The notes below the pieces were generated by a model, which made no database searches, was not told the DNA's origin, and saw only the letters and a program-made list of their open reading frames with translations. The translations under genes were made by a program, and so were the position numbers. DNA of 64,000 nt, taken from the NCBI GenBank assembly GCA_963701085.1, contig OY969561.1, positions 1,134,635-1,198,634 on the forward strand, in the 5' to 3' direction. The first letter of the stretch is position 1; each line of letters opens with the position of its first letter. Origin of the DNA: an uncultured bacterium (lineage in GTDB: Bacteria > Babelota > Babeliae > Babelales > Vermiphilaceae). Of this stretch, positions 10,032 to 18,324 are shown piece by piece.

Positions 10032-10222
10032 CCGCGCTCGCCCTGACCCTTCGGCAAGCTCCCTCCTTCGCATAAAGCTTCGGCGGACACAGCAGGAGTA
10101 AACACCCGCCTGGCCTCCGACGTGTCCTTTGAAGCCTTGGCGAAAGAGGAAGCCTCGGCGAAGGACGGCTTGAAGGGTATCTTTGAGCGCTTTAATTCTT
10201 CAACAAGTTCAGAATAAGCGCG
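10032..10222. repeat. Nested palindromic repeat cluster (A1 element containing an A-like hairpin and three B units)
   Basis: A1 arms CCGCGCTCGCCCTGA...TTGAAGGG...TTCAACAAGTTCAG interrupted by B units at ~10061-10092, ~10109-10168 and 10120-10150. Confidence 0.85.
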
Positions 10223-10345
10223 AGGGAGTATGAATAGGGCAAGTGAAATGAGTTATGCTATACGTTACATGGAGATGAAAAGAAAACACAAGAATTAAAT
10301 AATGGTTTTTTTATGTAAGTGATATTTGTTTTAAAAGGTAATTAT

Positions 10346-11026
10346 ATGAAAAGCATAGCAGATTCTCTCAAACGTATAGATGAAAAAAAACAAAAATTAG
10401 ATGCAGCATATCCTTTACCACCAGAATTGGTGGAGAATTTGCAAGAATGGCTTGTAGTAGAATTTATCTATACATCAAACGCACTGGAAGGCAATACTCT
10501 TTCTTTCAGTGAAACTGCAATAGTGGTTGAAAAAGACATTGTTATTGGTGGAAAAACGTTGCGTGAGCATATTGAACTTATTAATTGTGCGCGTGCAATT
10601 AATTTTATTACAGCACGAGCTTTCAAAAAACAAAATATAACGCATGATGATATTCTTACTCTTTACAAAATAGTATCAGAAAAAATAGATCCATCTTTGG
10701 ATCTTAATGCTTTTATAGCATGGTTGCATTCTCGTACAGATCATCCGGTGATTATTGCATCACTTGCGCATTACAAATTAGTTACCATTCATCCATTTAT
10801 CGATGGCAATGGTAGGACTGCACGCTTGCTTATGAACTTATTATTATTGCAACACGGGTATCCATTAGCAATTATTCAAAAAGAGCAACGCCCTGAATAT
10901 ATTGCTGCAATTGAACATGCGAGGCAGACAGGTGATTTTGATCCGTTTTATGCGGTAATAATTTCTGCTGTTGAATATAGCCTTGATATTTATCTGGAAG
11001 CGATTGAACAGTCTAACTTATTGTAA
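10346..11026 (+). CDS. Fic family protein (class II-like, N-terminal inhibitory helix)
   Basis: Canonical HPFIDGNGRTAR motif; SNALEGN inhibitory motif; start taken at the ATG after AAAGG. Confidence 0.9.
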   Translation: MKSIADSLKRIDEKKQKLDAAYPLPPELVENLQEWLVVEFIYTSNALEGNTLSFSETAIVVEKDIVIGGKTLREHIELINCARAINFITARAFKKQNITHDDILTLYKIVSEKIDPSLDLNAFIAWLHSRTDHPVIIASLAHYKLVTIHPFIDGNGRTARLLMNLLLLQHGYPLAIIQKEQRPEYIAAIEHARQTGDFDPFYAVIISAVEYSLDIYLEAIEQSNLL

Positions 11027-11030
11027 AAAA

Positions 11031-11645
11031 CTATTTATGCGTGTAATGCCACAGCCAAAACATGAGAGCAGCGGTTGTGCCACAACCAATCCCACCAAAG
11101 AGTAATCCACTTACCCAGGTGTGCAATTCTGAGATTGATTTTTGTTGTGCTCTCATCATATTTTTCACTGTCACGTTTTCTTGAGCGAGGTCTTTAATTG
11201 TTTCTTGTATTGATTCTTGTTGTGTGTTAATACTCCTTTTCAGTGCTAAGTTTTCTTTAATGAGATCTTGAATTGCTTCTCGTGTGCTGGTTTGTAATTT
11301 TGATAGTGATAGACTTTGTGAGGATATAGTACTTTTTAGAGGTAAGTATTCTGATGATGTTTGTGGTGAGTTTATTGGTTGTTGCAAGAGTAAGAGACCT
11401 TTTTCAATTGTGTTTATTTGATTTTGTAGGGCTAAAGTCACTTGATAAAGTGTGTCTGTTTTTTCAAAGTATTCTTGAAGTTGTTTTTTTTTTGTTTCGA
11501 TTTGATTTAGGCGCTCTCCTAAAAAATCTTTTATAGTATCGACATTACTTATTGTTTTGAAAAATTCCTCAGGTGACGTAGGTTGGCTGGTTTTAGTAAT
11601 TTCTAATAACGTTGGTGTTGTTGGAGGTGTTTGTGGTGTGAACAT
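11031..11645 (-). CDS. Hypothetical coiled-coil protein with C-terminal TM anchor
   Basis: Q/K/E-rich heptad pattern; hydrophobic C-terminal segment VSGLLFGGIGCGTTAALMFWLW. Confidence 0.65.
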   Translation of the reverse strand: MFTPQTPPTTPTLLEITKTSQPTSPEEFFKTISNVDTIKDFLGERLNQIETKKKQLQEYFEKTDTLYQVTLALQNQINTIEKGLLLLQQPINSPQTSSEYLPLKSTISSQSLSLSKLQTSTREAIQDLIKENLALKRSINTQQESIQETIKDLAQENVTVKNMMRAQQKSISELHTWVSGLLFGGIGCGTTAALMFWLWHYTHK

Positions 11646-11722
11646 ATTTTCCTTTGTTTTTATAGGTAAATATAGCGAATTTTACAATGTAATCAAAGGA
11701 AAAGAAAAGTACCCTCTATTAT

Positions 11723-12160
11723 TTATGAATATGATGCCATAAGTATGAGTGCTGCAGTGACGGTGATCCCAAGGCCAAAATATATAAAATTTCGACTAAC
11801 AATTTTAAAGTCCTCTGAGCAGCGATCTTCTAAGCGTTTCAATCCTTCTGAAAGTTCTTTTTTTAATTCTCTCAGCTCTTCTTTTGTTGCATTGAGAACT
11901 ATTTGTTCTGTAATTTTTTTTTCGAGTTTCAATATGTTTTCATTAATTGTATCATCCACTAATTGTTTCAGGTGTTGAATTTTATCTTCTATAAACTTTA
12001 ATGGTTGTTCCATATGTTGTTTATTATATTCTGTAACGTCTTGTTTGGTTGTTAATAAGGCTTTTTCAAGATGGTCTTCAATTTTTTTTGCTGACCCTTG
12101 AGCAACAGTAAGTAGTGAGACTATTTCTGTTGGTGGAGTGTGGTGAGGTGGTTGTTGCAT
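11723..12160 (-). CDS. Hypothetical coiled-coil protein with C-terminal TM anchor
   Basis: AGGAGAG RBS; coiled-coil body; C-terminal FIYFGLGITVTAALILMA. Confidence 0.7.
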   Translation of the reverse strand: MQQPPHHTPPTEIVSLLTVAQGSAKKIEDHLEKALLTTKQDVTEYNKQHMEQPLKFIEDKIQHLKQLVDDTINENILKLEKKITEQIVLNATKEELRELKKELSEGLKRLEDRCSEDFKIVSRNFIYFGLGITVTAALILMASYS

Positions 12161-12213
12161 AGTACTCTCCTTTTTTTATAGATAGTAAGGTGAATGCAGT
12201 AAAAAGAGATATA

Positions 12214-13155
12214 TTAAAGGCCTACCTGATGACGATATGCAGCGGTTTCCGCTTCCAGCAATGTGCGCTGCATGTATGATAATTTTGGTTCAACAATATA
12301 ATCCTGTTCTTTGAGTGCAAAGAGAACAAGATCATTGGAGTGCATATCATCTCTGATTGTTCTATAGAATGATTCAGGCATGTCAGTTGCGGTTAGTTCT
12401 ACAAAATAGCAGTAGCGATTAAGTAATGTCCAATGTAAATCATCCAAATCATTCACGTCATCAAGAATGTTATGTTCAAGAAGTGTAACGAGTTGTTCGG
12501 AAATTTTCTTGGTGATATTCCATGTTTGTTCCTGTTCTGTAGGGTTCCAAATTAATTTGCTGAGTGCAATTTCACAGAATTTAATAATGCCTTGGCGTAG
12601 TTGTTCTTGAATAATTTCTTCTTGTGCGATAGTGACAATGTTTGAACTGATTTTTTTGAGAAACATATCAGGGTCTTGGCGGAATGATTCATATTCAGAA
12701 CTGAATTTTGAATATAACATTGTTTGAACGGTTGAGTTAAAGCGGTCAACAAATGATGCATCATAAAGTGCTGAATTAGTGATATATTCACGTGATGCGG
12801 GCAGTGTAAAATAGGGAGCAAGCTCTGCAGGTAATGTTGTCAGTAAGTGTGAAAATGCGGATGCGTTTACATAGTGAGAGCTTTTTAACATGTTAGAAAA
12901 CAGTTTTATGATTGAGCGTAGATATACCGGTGGTTGATGGCTTGAGGTGCCAAACGTAACAAGCACCGAAAGATATGAAAAATCATTGGGTAACACTTCT
13001 TTTCTATATTGCGGAGTTCTCAATTCTTTTTGTAGCGATATAATGAGATGGTCTTGATTTTGTAGTGGAGTATCTTTTTCTTGAAAAGAGCCAGCATTTA
13101 TACTATGACTGGAAAGAGTGTAAAGAATTAAAAGCGTAATAAAACGATGCATCAT
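12214..13155 (-). CDS. Hypothetical secreted protein
   Basis: 313-aa ORF, GGAG RBS, N-terminal signal peptide. Confidence 0.75.
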   Translation of the reverse strand: MMHRFITLLILYTLSSHSINAGSFQEKDTPLQNQDHLIISLQKELRTPQYRKEVLPNDFSYLSVLVTFGTSSHQPPVYLRSIIKLFSNMLKSSHYVNASAFSHLLTTLPAELAPYFTLPASREYITNSALYDASFVDRFNSTVQTMLYSKFSSEYESFRQDPDMFLKKISSNIVTIAQEEIIQEQLRQGIIKFCEIALSKLIWNPTEQEQTWNITKKISEQLVTLLEHNILDDVNDLDDLHWTLLNRYCYFVELTATDMPESFYRTIRDDMHSNDLVLFALKEQDYIVEPKLSYMQRTLLEAETAAYRHQVGL

Positions 13156-13279
13156 GGTTTTGACTCCGTATAAAATTAGAAAACAACCTCGATCAAGGTT
13201 AATGGTATCACAAAGATTACAGACTGATCAATGAAATAAGTTTTTTTAATCTCTTTAATGGAGTCCCCGATTGAAGCGA

Positions 13280-13309
13280 CGTGTCCTTCGAAGCCTTGGC
13301 GAAGGAGGA
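13280..13309. repeat. B-type 30-bp repeat inside a hairpin upstream of gspF
   Basis: CGTGTCCTTCGAAGCCTTGGCGAAGGAGGA, inside the stem CCCCGATT...AATTGGGG. Confidence 0.85.
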
Positions 13310-13353
13310 AGTGAAAATTGGGGTAAGAAGATAATAGTGCTGAGGAATTTTTT

Positions 13354-14565
13354 ATGGCGTTATATTCGTACGAAGCATTTTCAAAGGATGGCAAAAAGGT
13401 TCATGGTGTGATAGATGCACCATCAGCAGAAGCCTTGAGAGAACAGTTAACAAAACAGGGACTGTTTCCTACCAAAATAGAATCAACGGGCGGTATGTCA
13501 ACCGCTGGTTTTTTTAAGCGCTTGTTTGAAAAGAAGATAACGGTTAAAGATAAAATTCTTCTTACAAAACAGCTGGCAATTCTTCTTAAATCTGGTGTTC
13601 CTATTTTGCAAGCAATCGAAACACTCATTGAACAGTTTGAGGGCAGTGTAAAAAATATGCTTGTGCGTATCAAGGATGATGTTAAAGAAGGTACATCACT
13701 GGCTGATGCATTGAACAAATATCCAAAAGTTTTTGAAAAAATATATATCCAGTTGGTGCGTGCCGGGGAAGCAACGGGTAAGTTAGAAACAATTCTTGAA
13801 CGATTAACCGTATACTTGGAGCGCAGAGAAACTATTACTAAAAAAGTAAAAGGTGCAATGCAGCAGCCTATTATTCAGCTTGTTGTGGCGGTTGGTGTTA
13901 TTTCAGTTTTGGTTATGAAAGTTGTGCCGCAGATGGCAAAAAACTTTGCATCGCAAAAACAAGAGCTGCCTGGACCAACTCAATTTGTTTTATCTCTTTC
14001 CAATTTTATGATCGGGTATTTTTGGTTGGTTATTATTGGCGTGGTAGCAGTTATTGCGCTGTTTAGATTGTGGAAAGCAACGCCAGCTGGTGGCCGGCAG
14101 TATGATCAACTTAAATTAAAGCTTCCACTCGTTAAATATCTTTCAAAAACGAATGCAGTAGTACAGTTCAGTTATACACTCGGTTTGTTGCTTGAAGGTG
14201 GCGTTAATATTGCTGAAGCGTTGGATATTGTGGTGAGCGTTATTGATAACCGTGTATTGGCATCTGCGTTGCGCACCGCGCGTGATAATATTGTTAAAGA
14301 AGGTAAAATTGCAGAGTATTTGCAGCAGACAAAAATGTTTCCGCCGATTGCTATTTATCTGATTAAAACGGGTGAACAATCAGGACAGTTGGCTAGCATG
14401 TTGCTGACGGTTGCTGATAATTATGAAAAAGATTATGTTGAGCTCATTGATACCATGGTTGGTTTAATTTCACCAATAATGCTTGTGGTGATGGCGGTTA
14501 TTGTCGGCTTTATTGTGCTTGCTATTGCAATGCCAATGATGCAGCAAATTCAAAATATTGGATAA
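13354..14565 (+). CDS. gspF: Type II secretion / type IV pilus platform protein GspF/PilC
   Basis: Two T2SSF domains (QLAILLKSGVPILQA...AGEATGKL; LLEGGVNIAEAL...TGEQSGQL) and three TM segments. Confidence 0.92.
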   Translation: MALYSYEAFSKDGKKVHGVIDAPSAEALREQLTKQGLFPTKIESTGGMSTAGFFKRLFEKKITVKDKILLTKQLAILLKSGVPILQAIETLIEQFEGSVKNMLVRIKDDVKEGTSLADALNKYPKVFEKIYIQLVRAGEATGKLETILERLTVYLERRETITKKVKGAMQQPIIQLVVAVGVISVLVMKVVPQMAKNFASQKQELPGPTQFVLSLSNFMIGYFWLVIIGVVAVIALFRLWKATPAGGRQYDQLKLKLPLVKYLSKTNAVVQFSYTLGLLLEGGVNIAEALDIVVSVIDNRVLASALRTARDNIVKEGKIAEYLQQTKMFPPIAIYLIKTGEQSGQLASMLLTVADNYEKDYVELIDTMVGLISPIMLVVMAVIVGFIVLAIAMPMMQQIQNIG

Positions 14566-14595
14566 ATTTTTTTTATTATTAACAAAGGAGTTTTT

Positions 14596-15045
14596 ATGGC
14601 AATTACGGCACAAAATAATGAACGTGTGCGATACGCGCGTGCAGGATTTTCTTTGATGGAAATTATGATCGCGGTGATGATTCTTGGTCTTGTTATGGCA
14701 ATGGTTGGACCTGCGCTGAATAATGCGTATAAAAAATCACAAAAAAGAACAGCCGCAGTAACAGTAAGAAGTTTTAAAAATGCAATTGCTGAGTATCAGC
14801 GTGAAACACATCAGTGGCCAGCAAAATTAAAAGATCTTATTAAAAAACCAACGGGTGCTAAAGAATGGGATGGCCCGTATCTAGAAAAAGAAGAAGTTCC
14901 GCAAGATCCATGGGGAGCTGATTTTAAATATAAATTAACGCCAGGCGCTAAGCATCCATATGAATTGCATTCATGGGGTCCTAACGGTCAAGGTGCTCCA
15001 AAAGAGGAATGGATCAGTGTGTGGGAGGAGCCTTCAAAGGAATAA
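14596..15045 (+). CDS. gspG: Major pseudopilin GspG
   Basis: G|FSLME prepilin site; WDGPYL...VPQDPWG...SWGPNG. Confidence 0.9.
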   Translation: MAITAQNNERVRYARAGFSLMEIMIAVMILGLVMAMVGPALNNAYKKSQKRTAAVTVRSFKNAIAEYQRETHQWPAKLKDLIKKPTGAKEWDGPYLEKEEVPQDPWGADFKYKLTPGAKHPYELHSWGPNGQGAPKEEWISVWEEPSKE

Positions 15046-15049
15046 TGTT

Positions 15050-15610
15050 TTGAATAAAAACGTGCGTGGTTTCTCTTTATTAGAATTAATGATAGTGATT
15101 GCAATTATTGGTGTTCTTGGCGCAATCATTATGCCCAATATTCAGCGAACAACACCGCGCTATGAACGAGAAGTGTTTATAGCGCGGTTTAACAGTTTGG
15201 TGCAATATGGGTGGCAGCAATCATTACTTACCCATAAAATACAACGAATTACCGTTGATGTTGGTAAAAAGTTAATTAGTTTGACTGCAGATTCCGGTGA
15301 AAAAGATCGTTCAGGAGAAATTGTTTTTAAACCGATAGACAATCCCGTTGATGATACGTCATGCGTTATTCCTGAAAATATTATTATCAAGCAATTTTTT
15401 ATTGAGGGGTTTGATATGATGACAAAATTTGCACGGAGCAAAACGGCATCAGTCTGGTTTTATATTGTTCCTGAAGGTATGGTGCAGAACGTGGTAATTA
15501 ATTTTATGGATACCAAAGATTTACATGATGATCAGCCGCGACCAGTGGCATTGGTGCTTAACCCTTTTATTGCCCTCTTTAAAACATATGATACATTTCA
15601 AAAACCATAA
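15050..15610 (+). CDS. Minor pseudopilin, GspH-like
   Basis: G|FSLLE prepilin motif; TTG start after AAAGGA. Confidence 0.8.
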   Translation: MNKNVRGFSLLELMIVIAIIGVLGAIIMPNIQRTTPRYEREVFIARFNSLVQYGWQQSLLTHKIQRITVDVGKKLISLTADSGEKDRSGEIVFKPIDNPVDDTSCVIPENIIIKQFFIEGFDMMTKFARSKTASVWFYIVPEGMVQNVVINFMDTKDLHDDQPRPVALVLNPFIALFKTYDTFQKP

Positions 15611-16004
15611 ACATGGCTTTACGTTGATTGAAACGGTATTGGCAATGTCTATTGCGGCATTGGTTTTTACGCCTATTTTTATTATGTTGAGTACCATAAT
15701 TCAGCGCGTGGATAAATCATCAAAAGCATTTGATTATATATTGTTGTGTAAAAATTTGTTGTTTGAGGCACGTCAGAAACAAGATCCTGATGCTCAAACG
15801 TTTTCACTTGATAAAGCGGAGATTGATTTTGATGCAACGCTTACCTATTCTCTTGAAAAGGGTATTGATCAAAAATCATCACTTGCATCGCTGCAGGGGC
15901 TGCATACCGAAACGGTAAAGGTTTCCTGGACAGAGCAAGATAAAAAAAAGCAAGATCGGTTAGTAACATTTGTGTATAAAAAACCAGAGCAGAAGAAATC
16001 ATGA
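15588..16004 (+). CDS. Minor pseudopilin, GspI-like
   Basis: G|FTLIE prepilin motif; position in the operon. Confidence 0.8.
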   Translation: MIHFKNHKHGFTLIETVLAMSIAALVFTPIFIMLSTIIQRVDKSSKAFDYILLCKNLLFEARQKQDPDAQTFSLDKAEIDFDATLTYSLEKGIDQKSSLASLQGLHTETVKVSWTEQDKKKQDRLVTFVYKKPEQKKS

Positions 16005-17026
16005 AGCAAGGATTTATGTTAATTGAACTTATCATTGCAACATTGATAGCTTCAATGGTTGCTGGTGTTTTATTGACTGCGTTGTCACAAAGTACACGCG
16101 TTCAAGCAAGCGTTGATAATGTTATTAATACATCCGTGCGGATTGGTGTTATTGCTAATCAGTTAGAAAAAGATTTGATGGGTGCGTTTTTGCCCGTGCA
16201 GGCACAGCAATCCCTCGATACACCTTCTACCGCACTTAAACCGAGTGAGGGAGAGGGAAAAGAGACTGATAAAAAAGAAGACGTTGGGCAAAAAGGTCCT
16301 GAAAAAGAAAAACCAAAGCCGATTGAAAAAATATTTTATAGCACGAACAAAGATGGCACATTGGAGATGTTAACCTTTGTTACTAACAATCCTCTTGTTG
16401 TGTATGTTGGTAAAGATGTTGGTGAGGTAAAACCAAAAGTTGTGCGTGTGCAGTACAGTTTAAAACTAGAAGCTGATAAAAAAAATTCGTATACATTGTT
16501 CCGGCAAGAAAGTATGGAGCTGGATTTAGAAAAATTTAAAAACGCTCGCGCGTATGAAGTTATTAGTGGTATTAAAAGTTGTACGGCAACATTCACCGCA
16601 CGCATACCTAAACAACAAGACAAACAACAATCTTCTGAACAAAATCCTCCTAAGATTTTGTATGAATACAAAACCCAAAATGATTGGGTGAGTGAGCAAA
16701 AAAGAGGAATCAGGGATAAAGAAAAATCAGAATTTCCGCGAATTCCGTATAGTGTAGAAATTAAATTATTGCTGTGGGATAAGCAGGATAAAAAAGACAA
16801 AGAGTTTACGATTGTGTGTCAGATTCCTACTGATTTTTCACCTGCTGAAACAGAAGAAAAACAACAGCCAGAAAAGCCAAAGAAAGAAGCTGATGATAAA
16901 GGTGGTGAAACACCAGCTAACCAGCCAGATAAAGTTGCTCAGAATGAACCGAGTAAAACACCAGGACCAATTGTGGTGAATGTGTTACAAGACATAACAA
17001 AAATGTTGGGGCGGCGTAATTCATGA
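16001..17026 (+). CDS. Minor pseudopilin, GspJ-like
   Basis: G|FMLIE prepilin motif, QLEKDLMGA, VRVQYSL; ATGA overlap with the previous gene. Confidence 0.8.
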   Translation: MKQGFMLIELIIATLIASMVAGVLLTALSQSTRVQASVDNVINTSVRIGVIANQLEKDLMGAFLPVQAQQSLDTPSTALKPSEGEGKETDKKEDVGQKGPEKEKPKPIEKIFYSTNKDGTLEMLTFVTNNPLVVYVGKDVGEVKPKVVRVQYSLKLEADKKNSYTLFRQESMELDLEKFKNARAYEVISGIKSCTATFTARIPKQQDKQQSSEQNPPKILYEYKTQNDWVSEQKRGIRDKEKSEFPRIPYSVEIKLLLWDKQDKKDKEFTIVCQIPTDFSPAETEEKQQPEKPKKEADDKGGETPANQPDKVAQNEPSKTPGPIVVNVLQDITKMLGRRNS

Positions 17027-18270
17027 AAAAGATAATTGAATTCGTAAACTTTTTTCCCGCGCTCGTCCTGAACTTGTTGAAGGATTTCTTCGAGCGCTCG
17101 AGGATAGTCTTCAACAAGTTCAGACCGAGCGCGGCCAAGAGTGAATTGAGTGCGGCGCAGCCCGCTCCTTCGACGGAGCTCAGGATAAACTCCGCTTCAC
17201 CGTGTCCTCCGAAGCTTTTAGCGAAGGATGGAGCGACGGCGGGGTATATAATGATTTTTACATTGCTTGTTGTTGGAGCAGCAATGATGATTGTTACGTA
17301 TGTAGGACATCGCGGTTCTTTTTATTTACCATTTTCACACATGATATTTGCGCGTGAAAAAGCAAAAATGGTAGCACTTGGCGGTGTTCAGGTTGCCATT
17401 GCGCAATTATCGTCCTCCTCCGCTAAAGCTTCGGCGGACAGGCAGTCTGACTCACAAAGTATGTCGCCTGAACAAGAATTTTTGTCACGTATTTTACCAG
17501 CACTTAATCGTTGGCAAGAGTTTGCGCTTAAAGAAGATGTTGATGGTGTTGATGGGCAGATAAAAATATGTTTGATGTGTGAAGAAGGAAAAATTAATTT
17601 AAATCGTATTATCGATTTTAAAAAAGGTGTGTTCAGTGGCAGTGAACAGTCTGGTTGGAAGGCGATTATGCAGGAGCTGTGTAAATCTATTGAAAAATTA
17701 ACCAAAGGCAGCGATCTGTTTCCTGCATTGGAAAAAATAGTAAAAGATTTGAAATTCCCCTTTAATGATGCAACGGAACTTATTACGCGAAAAGAGTTTA
17801 GTTATTTTAAAGATACATTGTTTTATCAACCTCCAGCACAAAAAAAACAAGATACTATTTATTTAACAGATATTTTTACGGTATGGTCTAGTTCCGATAA
17901 GATTGAGCCATGGCTTTTTTCAGATTCTATAAATGGATTATTGGGATTGCCACGCGTAGAAGTTGATGATATAAAACAAAGAAAAGAACAATCTGCAAAC
18001 TGGGTGAAAAATTTTAAAGCGCGAGCCAATTGGCAACAGGATTGGAAAACAATGTTGATGCCAGTGTACGGGAAAGAGTTGCGGACTTTGCCTAAAAATA
18101 TAGACTCAATGCTAAGCACAACTTTTGACTCACATTTTTTTTCGGTTCTTGTGCATGGAAAAGTTGGTGATGTAACACAATGTGTTTACGCAATTTTAGA
18201 AAGAAATAAGCAACAACAAGGTGATACTATTGAGTATGACGTTGCAATTAAAAAATTATATTGGCTGTGA
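17023..18270 (+). CDS. Minor pseudopilin, GspK-like, with a repeat-derived N-terminal extension
   Basis: G|YIMIFTLLVV hydrophobic segment lacking E5; CEEGKINLN motif typical of GspK; position in the operon. Confidence 0.78.
   Translation: MKKIIEFVNFFPALVLNLLKDFFERSRIVFNKFRPSAAKSELSAAQPAPSTELRINSASPCPPKLLAKDGATAGYIMIFTLLVVGAAMMIVTYVGHRGSFYLPFSHMIFAREKAKMVALGGVQVAIAQLSSSSAKASADRQSDSQSMSPEQEFLSRILPALNRWQEFALKEDVDGVDGQIKICLMCEEGKINLNRIIDFKKGVFSGSEQSGWKAIMQELCKSIEKLTKGSDLFPALEKIVKDLKFPFNDATELITRKEFSYFKDTLFYQPPAQKKQDTIYLTDIFTVWSSSDKIEPWLFSDSINGLLGLPRVEVDDIKQRKEQSANWVKNFKARANWQQDWKTMLMPVYGKELRTLPKNIDSMLSTTFDSHFFSVLVHGKVGDVTQCVYAILERNKQQQGDTIEYDVAIKKLYWL
17057..17243. repeat. A1 palindrome (17057-17134) plus nested A/B composite (17161-17243), in frame in the gspK-like gene
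   Basis: Same arms as 4353-4427; second unit contains CCTTCGAC..GCTCAGGA and CCGTGTCCTCCGAAGCTTTTAGCGAAGGATGG. Confidence 0.9.
17413..17442. repeat. B-type 30-bp repeat, in frame in the gspK-like gene
   Basis: TCCTCCTCCGCTAAAGCTTCGGCGGACAGG encodes SSSAKASADR. Confidence 0.9.
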
Positions 18271-18324
18271 TTTTAAAAAAATTCCTAGCTCCATATTCTA
18301 AGCCGGGTCCCCGTGTGAAATGAA

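Noticed and set aside
16211-16258. Degenerate A2 remnant in the gspJ-like gene (TCCCTCGATACACC...GAGGGA)
   Set aside because: Only a short match to the arm consensus; too weak to call.
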